From: an uncultured Myxococcales bacterium
GTDB lineage: Bacteria > Myxococcota_A > Polyangia > Palsa-1104 > JAEUJZ01
Reading direction: 5' to 3'
Length of the DNA stretch: 61,840 nt
Assembly (NCBI GenBank): GCA_937868485.1
Contig: CALMML010000441.1
Location: 1-61,840, forward strand
Part shown: one piece after another, positions 1 through 10,500 of the stretch
Position numbering within the stretch: position 1 is the stretch's first letter
Layout of the letters: each line of letters begins with the position of its first letter
The notes under the pieces: model-generated
Databases searched by the model: none
Seen by the model: only the letters and a program-made list of their open reading frames with translations
What the model was told of the DNA's origin: nothing
Position numbers and translations under genes: made by a program

Positions 1-2
1 TC

Positions 3-74
3 GGGCGTTTAACTCAGCGGTAGAGTGCAATCCTCACACGGTTGAAGCCGTTGGTTCAAGTCCAACAACGCCCA
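3..74 (+). tRNA. tRNA-Val (anticodon CAC); 3' CCA not encoded
   Basis: Acceptor stem GGGCGTT(3-9)/AACGCCC(67-73); anticodon stem CAATC/GGTTG around loop CTCACAC with CAC at 35-37; T-loop GGTTCAAGTCC; discriminator A74 followed by CAG. Confidence 0.95.
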
Positions 75-80
75 CAGAAG

Positions 81-116
81 AAGCCAGCTAGCATCCCTAG
101 CTGGCTTTTTTGTTTT
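81..116 (+). terminator. Rho-independent terminator after tRNA-Val
   Basis: Perfect 11-bp stem AAGCCAGCTAG(81-91)/CTAGCTGGCTT(97-107), 5-nt loop, followed by a T tract. Confidence 0.9.
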
Positions 117-166
117 CTGCGCATCGCTTGGCTCTACACACGCAGACTGAGCGACGGTGTTTCCCC

Positions 167-175
167 TGATACAAT
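167..175 (+). promoter_or_regulatory. Extended -10 promoter (TGnTACAAT), probably producing a leaderless mRNA
   Basis: TGATACAAT ends 6 nt before ATG 182; no SD. Confidence 0.5.
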
Positions 176-181
176 GCGGTC

Positions 182-820
182 ATGATTGAGTGGCTGATGT
201 TTCCGGGTGAGTTCACAGCAGAGCTACCGCGACGGCTGGCGAAGGTCTGGAAAGGATCGGCGCTGTGCTCGGTGCTGAGGCTACCCAAAGCAAACGTGGT
301 GACGGTCGTCGAGCCGCTCGATGTGCGCGCCGTGCGAGCGCCAAGCTGGCCCGATGTGCTGTCGGACTGGGTCGATATCCACGAAGAGCCGATGTTTCCT
401 TCTCCGCTCTTGCCCGTCGCTGGTGAAGTGCTGTCGGAGTCAGGCCCGGACGTGCTGTGCTTGTTCGCCGATCCCAGCCAGCCCGAGCGCATCCGTGGCG
501 GCATTGCCTTCTACGAGCGCGGCGGTCTGCGAGAGCTAGAACAGGTCGGACGAGCCGCCGTGGCGTGGCAAAAAGGACAGCCGCTGGGTCGTCCGCGCGT
601 GACGGACTTTCGCTCGCAGCTGTTTTCGTTTGGAAAAAAGATGGCGGACTCGCGACGCGAAAGTGATCTGTTCCAGCGAGCCGATGCAGCCCGAGCCGTC
701 ACCGCTGAGATGGTGGTCGCGCGCGCACTCCAGAAGGTGCTGGATATCGATCCGCCGTCGCTGCCTGACTTGGTGCAGGTGCTGGAACGAAGTGGCCGAG
801 CCAAGCTGACGATGCAGTAA
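182..820 (+). CDS. Hypothetical protein (212 aa)
   Basis: Globular-looking ORF with host-like codon use and a promoter directly upstream; no family recognised. Confidence 0.75.
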   Translation: MIEWLMFPGEFTAELPRRLAKVWKGSALCSVLRLPKANVVTVVEPLDVRAVRAPSWPDVLSDWVDIHEEPMFPSPLLPVAGEVLSESGPDVLCLFADPSQPERIRGGIAFYERGGLRELEQVGRAAVAWQKGQPLGRPRVTDFRSQLFSFGKKMADSRRESDLFQRADAARAVTAEMVVARALQKVLDIDPPSLPDLVQVLERSGRAKLTMQ

Positions 821-852
821 CCGCTTCCGCTTCGCGTCTCGGCAGAAGCGAA

Positions 853-1092
853 TTACATGTCGGTGCTGGACAGATCCGCAGGCTTGCTCATGTCGACAGA
901 CGAGGTCGAGCTGCCCGGCGCTTTGCAGAAGCCGCCCTGCGCTCGCGTGTTGCCAGCCAACTCGCAGTACAGACCTTCGCTACAGTCCTCGTCGAGCTGA
1001 CAGCGCTCGCCTTCACCTTGCTTACACGAAGCCGTCACGGCCAAAAACAAAAGCGCGAAAAAGACTCCGCAGCGACGCAGCTTGGTCATCAT
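853..1092 (-). CDS. Small Cys-rich lipoprotein (79 aa)
   Basis: Basic N-terminus, hydrophobic core, lipobox-like TASC, then GERCQLDEDCSEGLYC...GFC and a Ser/Asp-rich tail. Confidence 0.8.
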   Translation of the reverse strand: MMTKLRRCGVFFALLFLAVTASCKQGEGERCQLDEDCSEGLYCELAGNTRAQGGFCKAPGSSTSSVDMSKPADLSSTDM

Positions 1093-1235
1093 CCTAGGTT
1101 CTCTCTATGAGGCGATGGTTCCGCCGGTCGTCGGGACAGATACCGCACCGGCAAGAGCCGTCTACATAGCACGAGCCTTCTTATCTGTCGCGACCCGTTT
1201 TCGTGCCCAGGCCCGCGTTGAGTTACCATGCAGGG

Positions 1236-1463
1236 ATGAATCGACTCGTGTGGCTCCTCGGGGCCGTCGCCTTCGCCTACTTCGCCGTCACAGTGCCGAT
1301 CGGAAAACGCACGCTGTGGGGACATGTGGTGCGCATTGCCCGGACGCCGGAAGCACAAGATCTGGCCGACGGAGCCAAAGAGACCGCGCGGGATGTCGCA
1401 CGCAAAGCACAAAAAGAAATCGACGATCAGCGACGGGAAAAACCGGCACCACTCGCGCAGTAA
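1236..1463 (+). CDS. Small membrane-anchored hypothetical protein (75 aa)
   Basis: MNRLVWLLGAVAFAYFAVTVPIG N-terminal TM segment then a charged helix; TACCAT -10-like hexamer 6 nt upstream of ATG 1236. Confidence 0.7.
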   Translation: MNRLVWLLGAVAFAYFAVTVPIGKRTLWGHVVRIARTPEAQDLADGAKETARDVARKAQKEIDDQRREKPAPLAQ

Positions 1464-1587
1464 CGGCTCGTCGCAGCTCACTCGGTGGTGAGCCCAGCGA
1501 TCGTGCGATTGGATTTGTTGGAAGGAAGTGAGCCCGCAGCGGGCAGCGTGAAAGCCGCCGCTGCGAAGCGATCAGCCGATGGAAGCG

Positions 1588-4500
1588 TTACGACTGACGG
1601 ACGCGACCCATGGCGAGCAGCAGACCGGCGTGGTTCGGATCCAGCTCGAGGCCGCGCTCGTACATACCGACGGCCTTCGGACCTTCGCCGAGCTTTTCGT
1701 GGATCTCGCCGAGGTGCAGATAGACATCGGCGCGCGTGACTCCCGAGTTCGGGTCCAGGTTCTGAAGCAGCATCGATCGATAGATGCGACGCGCCTTTTC
1801 CCAGTCCGACTGGTGCATGTACAGCCGACCGAGCGCAATCAGCGTCGGCAAGTGACCCGCGTCGATGCTGTAGGCCGCGTTGTACTGCTCGAGCGCCTTC
1901 AGCAGCTCGCCTTCCTTTTCCGCAATCGAGGCCAAGCGGAAGTGGATGCGCGCCAGATCCTTGCTGCGACGACCCTTGGCAGTGCGCTCGACGAGCGTCT
2001 TATACAGCGGCAGCGCTTCCTTGGTGCGACCGGCGTTGTAGTAGATCTCGGCCAGCGGCTCGACGACCTGAATGTCGTCTGGAGCCAGCTTGTACGCACG
2101 CTGTAGCACCGGCAGAGCACCCTCGGGAGACTTCAGCTCGTTCACGTAGAGTCGGCCCAGCTCGATGAGCAGTTCCTTCTGCTTGGCCACGTCGAGCGAC
2201 TGCATCCGCTCTGCCCGAATTTCGAGCAGCGCCGCGACGCGACGGAAGTCACCACGCGACCGCGCCTGCTTTTCCAGCGCTTCAGCGACTTCGACGTTGG
2301 TCGGATCGGCCTGGAGCGCTCGCTCGTAGTACGGCTCGGCAGCGGCATCGCCCTGACGCTCGGCTTCCATTCGACCGAGCCGATAGTACAGCTCCGCCAT
2401 CTCCACCGAGGTCTTGGCCAGTCGCACCGCTTTTTCGAGCGTCGCCTTGCAGCGCGCCCAGTCGTGCTGCGACTCGTAGATCCGCGCGAGCGACATCAGC
2501 GCACGGACGTGGTTTGGATCAAGCTCCAGCACGCGCTCAAGCAGCTTCTTGGCCTGCTCGGGAGCCTGCACCTTGCCTTCCCAGATCTCGGCGGCACGCA
2601 GCAGCAGCGAGATTTCCTCGTCGAGCTTGTTCAGCTTGTGCGAGGCATCGGCGTGACGAACCAGCACGTCGACCAGCTCGTACCACTTTTCGCCCGCTTC
2701 GAGCAGTCGCTCCAGATCCGCTTGTGCGTCGGGATCGCCCGGCTGAAGCTCCAGCACCTGCTGAAGATGCGACACCGCGTCGTCCACCGACTGGAGTTTT
2801 TCCAGCGAGATCTGCGCGAGCTTACGCAGCACCGCGATCTTGTCCTTCGTCGACGGAACCGCCTTGAAGCGACGACCGAGCACTTCCTGAACCTGCGTCC
2901 AGTCTTCCCGACGAGCGTACAGCGACTCCAGCGCCGACAGCGCCTTGAGCGAGTTTGGCTGAATCTGAAGCAGCTCTCGGTAGACCTCGATGGCCTGCGC
3001 CGACTGATCCAGCTCTTCCGACAGAAGATCGGCGATCCGCGCCAGGATGTTGGCCTTGGCGTTGCCCGACAGAAGCCGCGACTGCGCCGTCAGAACCGAC
3101 ACCAGCTCCTCGAAGCGACGGCCTCGGTGATAAAGCTCTGCCAGCGACGACAGTGCTTTGCCATCCGTCTCGTCCAGCTCCAGGATCTTCTTCCACGCCT
3201 CGACAGCCTTGAACTCGTCGGCGAGCGGTCCTTGATACAGACCCGCAGCCTCGGTCAAAAGCGCCTTCCGCGACGCAGTGGTCTCTTCCAGGCTGGCACG
3301 TCGCAGCAGCATCTCGGCGAGCAGCGTCGAGTCACCACGCTGACGATAGATTCGCTCCAAGGCCGCCAGCGCTTCGTGGTTGTCGCCTTCCAGATCGAGC
3401 ACCGTCTGATAGCGCGTCTCGGCTCGCTGATCGTCCGACAGACGTTCCCAGATTCGCGCCGCCCGCAGACCGAGCGAGCGCTGCATCTCGGCAGCCATCC
3501 GACGACCGCTGTCGCTGGACTTCATGCCAAACGTCACGCGATCGAGCACTTCTTCCAGCTTGAAGGCCGCATCACTGTCGCGACCGCAGCCTCGGGCAAG
3601 TCGCTCCATCTCGTCAGTGAGTCGCGTATCGTCGGGCATCTCGATAAACGCCCGCGCCACCGCGTCGAAGGCCCGCGACGAGTCGCTTAGCTCTTTTTCC
3701 GCCAGGTTGGCAATTCGCTCGAGCAGCGCCGCGCGCTCTGGCTTGCCCTGCGTCACACCGACGCGAACTTCCAGAAGCTCGACGAGCTTGCCAAAGTCAC
3801 GCTCTTGCTCCGCCAGCGGCTCCAGCAGATCGAGCGCCGCCACCGCATGCGCCGGAGAGTTGATGAGACGCTCCACCGCCGCGCGTGCCGCCGTGTGCTG
3901 CGGATGTCGCTCGAGCGACTTGCGGAACGCTTGCAGCGCACCGTCGAGGTCATAGAGCGATCCCGTCTTCAGCTCACCGAGTCGATACAGGAACTCCGCT
4001 TGTTCCGTCGGTGCATCCGCGACTTCCGCCTCGCGTTCCAGCACTTCAGCCAGCTCGCCAAGCGCGCCGTTCTTGAGCAGCAGCCGATCGAGTGCCGCCA
4101 GCGCTTCCATCTCATCGCCGGGCAGCTCACGAACGCGACGATAGCGCTCGATTGCCTTGGTTTCGTCGGACAGGTGCGTTTCGTACAGACCCGCCAGCTT
4201 CAGCGCAAACACCCGCTGAACCTGCGGATCGCTTGCCGTTTCTAGCCGCTGCTCGAAGATCTGGGCCAGCTCGCCGTATTCACCACCGAGCCGCGCCAGA
4301 CGCTCCAGCTCCTGCACCGCTTGCTCGTCAGAGCCGTCCTCGGACAGGATCCGACCCCACGTCGCAAACGCGCTCGCTGCATCCGAGCGACCATTTTCCT
4401 GAAGCTCGGCAATCTGCGACAGAATCCGACGACGCTCACTCGGATCCGCAGCCGACGACAGCGACAGCTCCAGCAGCTCGATGAGCGGCTTCCACTCACG

Positions 4501-7500
4501 GTGCTTGCGATACAGAGGCTCCAGCACCGCCGCAGCCTGCGCTCGCGTCTCGGGCGACTGAACCAGCCGCTCCAGCGCCAGCTTCGCTTCCGCTTGCGTC
4601 GCCAGCACCGCAGCCTGCGCTCGCTTGCCCGCCGGCTCGAAGGTCAGGATCTGCTCGTAGCGACGAATCGCCGCGTCGGATTCCTGAATCTTTTCCTCGG
4701 TGACACGCGCCGCTTGCAGCCACAGGCTCAGACGCTCGCCGACCTGATCATTGGACTCTTTGAGCGACGCCAGCTTGTCGAGGATCTCCAGGTGATCCGC
4801 CCACTGGCTTTCGTTTTCGTACAGCCGACCGAGTGCAACCAGCGCCTCGGTGTCGCTCGGATTGCTCTCGAGCGCGCTCTTGTACGCACCCATCGCTTCG
4901 AACGAATCACCCAGCTTTTCTTCGTACACCCGAGCCATCGCAAAGCGCAGGCTCCGACGAACCGCATCGCTGTCCGCTTGCTCGATCTGCTGACCGTACA
5001 CCCAGGTCAGATCCCGCCACGCATCGCGACCTTCGTACAGCCGACCGAGTGCAACCAGCGCATTTCCGTCGTGATCATCGAGCGAGAGCACCTGACGCCA
5101 CGTCGCAATCGCTTTTTCCGGCGCGCCCAGCACTTTTTCATGCAGATCCGCCGCTGCATACAGCAGTCGCTTCTGCTCTTTTCCGTCGCTGACCAGCGTG
5201 AAGCGCTTTTCGAGCACCGTCACCAGCTCACTCGATCGCAGCTCCGCCGACAGCAGCCGTTCCAGGTTCTGCCACGCGCTGTCGTCTTCGTCGTGAACGC
5301 TCGTCACCTTGCGCCACGCATCGATCGCTTGGCTGCGATCCGACAGCTGCTCGTCGTAGATCCGCGCAATGCGAGCCCACACTCGAGCGACCAGCTCGAA
5401 GTCATACGAGCCTTCGACGGCCTTTTCCAAGATCGACACCAGCTGCGCAAAGCCCGAGGTCAGCCCCGCCAGACGGCAGAGTTCCTCGAACAGCGGCTGC
5501 TCACGCGACTCGCCTTCGCCCGCTTCTTCCAGCCACGCTCGCGACAGCGCTTGGAACGCCGACTGAGGAGCCAGACCGCGCGACTCTTCAATCGTCGCAA
5601 TTTCCCGCAGGATCTCGACGCGACGCAGCTTGTCTTCGACGAACAGAAGCTGAACTTCCAGAAGCTGCGACAGCTTCTGCCACGCATCTTGCCGACGGTA
5701 GATCGGGTCCAAAATCCGCGCCGTGCGATAACGCAGCGCTTCTCTCTCGGGCAGCGACGACAGCAGACGCTCCAGCGCCGACAGTGCAGGCTCGGACTGC
5801 TCGTCTTTGCTCAGCACTTCTTCGTACGCATCAATCGCCTTCGGCAGCTCGTCGAGCTTTTCTTCATACAGACCCGCGAGTCGCAGCTTCAGCTCGCTCC
5901 ACTTGCCAAGCTCCGAAGCGCCGCCCCGATCCGCACGCTCGATGCGACGGATCAGCAGCTCGGCCAGGTCTTGGTAGCGACCCAGCGTCGTATACAGCCG
6001 ATCGAGCGCCAGCGTCGCCTGCTCGTCTTCGCTGTCCAGATCCAGGATCTCGCGGAACGTCTCGATCGCCGCCGTCGGATCCTCGAGTCGCTCTTCCTGC
6101 AGCGCCGACACCTTGAATAGCAGCGACTTTTTGCGATCCAGATCCAGCGTGTCGCGAATCGCATCGCGATACACCGAGTACAGATCGTTCCAGCGCGCTG
6201 CCCGCAGCAGCATCGCTTCGAGCGGCTGGAAGGCCGCCATGTCTTCGGTATTGACGACGAGAAGCCGACGGTAGCACTCCTGCGCCTTCGACACCTGCGC
6301 AAGCCGCTGATCGTAGATTTCAGCCGCCGTACGCAGCACATCGATCGTCGCTGGCTCACTGTCCGCCGTCTGTTCATCCAGATAGCGCTGATACAGCTCG
6401 GCCAGACCTTGCCACGACGACAGAACCCCCGCGAGCCGTGCCAGCTGATCGCGCGTCCAGCCGTCGCCCGGCTGAAGCACAAACACCTTGCCGTACCACG
6501 CAAACGCTTGGCTCAGATCCGAGACTTTGTCCTCGTAGAGCGCCGCGATCGCCTTGGTAAACTCGATCCGCTTCTCGGTGTCGTCGGCGGCATACAGGTG
6601 AATCTCGTGGGTGCGAATCAGCTTCGCCCACGCTCCGCGCGACTCGTAGATCGGCTTGAGCACCCAAGCTGCCGTCACACGCTGATCCGCATCGTCGAGG
6701 AATCGCTCCAGCGCACCGATCGACGGCTCATGCTCCGCATCGACGGTAAGCGCCAGCCGATAGTTTTCGACCGCACGATCCGGGCTCTGTAGCTCTTCCT
6801 CGAACAGCACACCGAGCCGATAGCGCAGATCCACCACCTCGGAATCCGAGCCCGCGTACTTTAGCCGACGCTCCAGCAGGTCCGCCAGATCCGCCCAGCG
6901 CAGGCTGTTTTTGTACAGACGCTCGAGCGAAGTCGCCGACTCCGCATCCGCCGGGAAGAGCGCAAGCACTTGCTCCAACAGCGCAATCGCTTCACTCGGA
7001 CGAGCCAGCTCACGCTCACACAGATCCGCCGCCAGGATCAGATACTGACGACGCTGTCCGTCATCGCGACGATCTTCACGCTGCGCCAGCGAGGCCCGTC
7101 GAGCATAGATCTCCAGCAGCGACTCCAGCTCGCGACCTTCCGCGTAGATCTTTTCCAGCGCTTCGAGCGCCACCAAGTGATCGCTTACGTTGTCGAGCAC
7201 GCGACGGTAATAGTCTCGCGACACATCGCGCTCGCCGAGCGCATACGCTTCCTTCGCAATCTGAAGCAGCACACGCTCTTGCACTCGCGTATCGAGGATC
7301 TGATCCGCAACCTCGCGATACAGCTCGACGAGCTCGCGCTGCGCTTTGTGCGAGTCAACGTGCGTCTCGACGAGATCGAGCAGCTCCGGCAGCTCCGTCT
7401 CTGCGACGGCCAGCCGCACCGCTCGCGCCAGTGCTTCGAGCGCACCACGCGGATCGCCGAGCGTAATCCGCAGCTCCGCCACCTTGCGCAGACGCACGAT

Positions 7501-10500
7501 TCGCTCGTGAACATCGGCCAGGTACGTCGCAAACAGCTCGCTCAGTCGCTCCAGCGCCCGCAGATCGCCGTGCAGCGTGTAGATCGGCTCCAGCACTTCC
7601 GCCGCCCGCAGCCGCAGGCTGTCATCGTCGAGCATCCGCTCCAGACCCTCACGGGCAATCGAGCTACGCGCGTCGTCGATCAGCACCTCACGATAGGCTT
7701 CCAGCGCCGCATCATTGCGACGGAGCGCACCTTCCAGAAGCCCCGCCATCTTCAGACGCAGCGTCACCCGATCCGTCACATCCAGCGTCAGCGGCAGCCG
7801 TCTCTCGAGCATATCGAGCAGGTTCGAGTGCTGCTCCGCCGCTTCATACAGCCGACCGAGCGCATCGATCGCCGGAACGTCCTCGGCACGCTCGCTCAGG
7901 ATCACACCGTACGCCGTAATCGCCTCGTCGCGATCTCCGAGCTTGACCTCGATGACTTCCGCGATCCGCCACAGCAGATCCCGACGGCTCTGACTATCGT
8001 TTGCCAGATCCACCCGTCGACGCAGAATCCCGATCAGATCGGTCCACTGCTCCTTGGCGACGTGCAGCGACTCCAGGGCATCCAGCGCACGCACTTCCTG
8101 CGCGTCCCCGTCGAGAATCTCGCGATACGTCGCAATCGCCGCGTCGCTGTCATCCAGCAGGCTCTGCTGAATCTCACCGATGCGGAACAGCAACGACTTG
8201 CGCTCGTCGCCGTGCGACCACTCTGCCTGACGACGCAGCACGTCGATCAGATCGCGCCACTGCTCTGCCTGCTGATACAGACGAGCCAGCGCCACCGCCG
8301 CCGGACGCGCCGTATCGAGCGAGGTCGGGTCCAGATCGAGCAGCCGCTTCCACGCATCCCGCGCTCGCTCTGCGTCGCTGAGCTTGTGATCGTACAGCTC
8401 CGCCGCTCGACGAAGCAGCTCACCACGCAGCGCCAGGTTGTCCGAGTCCGTCGCGACAAACGCTTCTTCCCACGCCGCCGCCAGATCCTCGAAGCGACCC
8501 AGCGACGTCGCCACGCGCTCGACGTTGCCACGATGCTGCGGGTCCGCCGGATCCAGTCGCAGCGCTTCCCGATACGCACCCAGCGCACCGTCGGGCTTAC
8601 GCAGCTTCTCTTCGGTAATCCGAGCAATCCGCGACAGCAGCGCCGCCGCTTCGGGACTCCGCTCCATCGGCAGCGCTTCTCGCTGCACCGACAGAACCGC
8701 CACCAGCTTGGCAAAGTCGCCGTCTTGCTCAAACAAAGGCTCCAGCGTTCGCGCAATGCGCTGACGCAGGCCGTAGTTGTCCATCAAGCTCTCGAGCGTC
8801 CGACGAGCGCCCTTGTGCTTGGGCTGCTCCGACAGCGCTTCCTCGAGAAGCTCGCACGCACCATCGGGATCATCGAGCCGAACCGCGTGCAGCTCACCGC
8901 GACGGAAGCGAAGCTGCGCCCGATCGACCACCGAGTCCACATGCGGCACCGCACGCGCCAGCAAGTCGTCCAGCTCACGCCAGCGCTCTGCCGCCGTGTG
9001 AAGTCGTTCCAGTGCCTTAAAGGCCCGCGTGTTCGACGGATCCAGCTCCAGGATCTCAGCGTAGTCACGCGACGCAGCCTCTTCGTCTTCCAGCACACCT
9101 TCATCGAGATCGCAGATCTGGAACAGCAGCTCTTTGCGATCGCTCGGCTCGACGGCCAGATCCTTGCGACGCTCGAGCAACCGACGCAGCTCCGGGAACC
9201 GCTCCCCGGCGCGATAGATCTCTTCCAGCGCGCGCGCCGCACCTTCGTGCGACTCATCACTTTCGAGCACGCGAATGTACGCAGCCTCGGCCTTCTCGAT
9301 CTCGTGAAGCTGCTCACCGAAGAGCTGACCCAAGTCCCAGGCCAGATCGCGCGCCAGCTGATTGTCGCCCGCTCGACGAGCCGCCCGCTCCGCATCTTCC
9401 AGCAGCTCCGCGACCGCTTCCTGACGCTCCAGCGTCTCACCCAGCTCGATCAGCTCGTGCCGGTTGTCGTGATCGTAGGGAACGCGCTCGAACAGCCGCG
9501 CCGCAAACTTGTAGGCATTTTCGACGTCGCCCAGCTTGCGAACCAGACCCGCGAGCCGACGCAGAAGCTCCAGCTCCTCCGCCGCATCCACCGTCGCTGA
9601 CAGCACGATTTCCAGCGCCGCCGCCAGCTTTCGCGTGTCATCCGCCCGCTCGTACGCCGGCACCAGCAGCCGCGCCACTTCGACGCGCACCGGATTCGAC
9701 GGAACCAGGAATCGCTCCAGCGCAACCAGCGTCGGACGATGTCCCGCCGTCAGCTGAAGCACCTGACGATAGCGCTCCAGCGCTTTTTCCGGCTTGTCCA
9801 GATGCAGCTCGTACAGCTCACCGAGCTGGAAGCTGATCATGATCTGCGTCTCGATGTCGCGCTCCGACCGCTCGCTGCCCGACTGAGACTGCGCGATGTG
9901 CTGAAGCTGTGCCTCGAGCACTTCCGCCAGCGACTCCGAGTCACCCGACTGCGTATAGATCTTTTCGAGCGCTCGCAGTGCCCGCATCGTCGTCGCCATC
10001 GACGCATTCGACGCCGACTCGGCCAAGATTCGACGATACGTTGCCGCCGCTGCGCCTCGATCGCTCAGCTTGTTTTCTTCGACGCTGGCCATACGGAACA
10101 GAACGTCGGTACGTTTGCTCTGATCCGCCTGGCTCTCGACGCGCTTGCGATAGATGCCCAGCAGCTCGGGATACTTTTCCTGCGACTGGAAGATCTGCTC
10201 GAGCGCCGTCAGCGCTTCTTCGTCGAGCGGAATCTTGGCCAGCACCTGTTCCCAATAGCCGCGCGCCTCGTCGAGACGATGCAGCTTCTGCTGCGTCCAC
10301 TGACCGAGCAGCCGCAGACGAGCCAGCTTGTGCGCACCGTCGTCCAGCTTTTCCACCTGACGCGCGTAGATCGAAACCAGCTCGTTCCAGGTGTCCGCTT
10401 CGCCCGCCAGCCGTCGCAGCTCCGACTCCAGCTGCTGCCGAGGCCGACTGTCGAGCGACTCCGACTCACGCAGCGCATACGCCTTCGACAGCCACGAAAA

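Noticed and set aside
3-116. tRNA-Val as an island integration site
   Set aside because: No integrase, no duplicated tRNA 3' end and no island-like genes downstream; the upstream side is outside the window.
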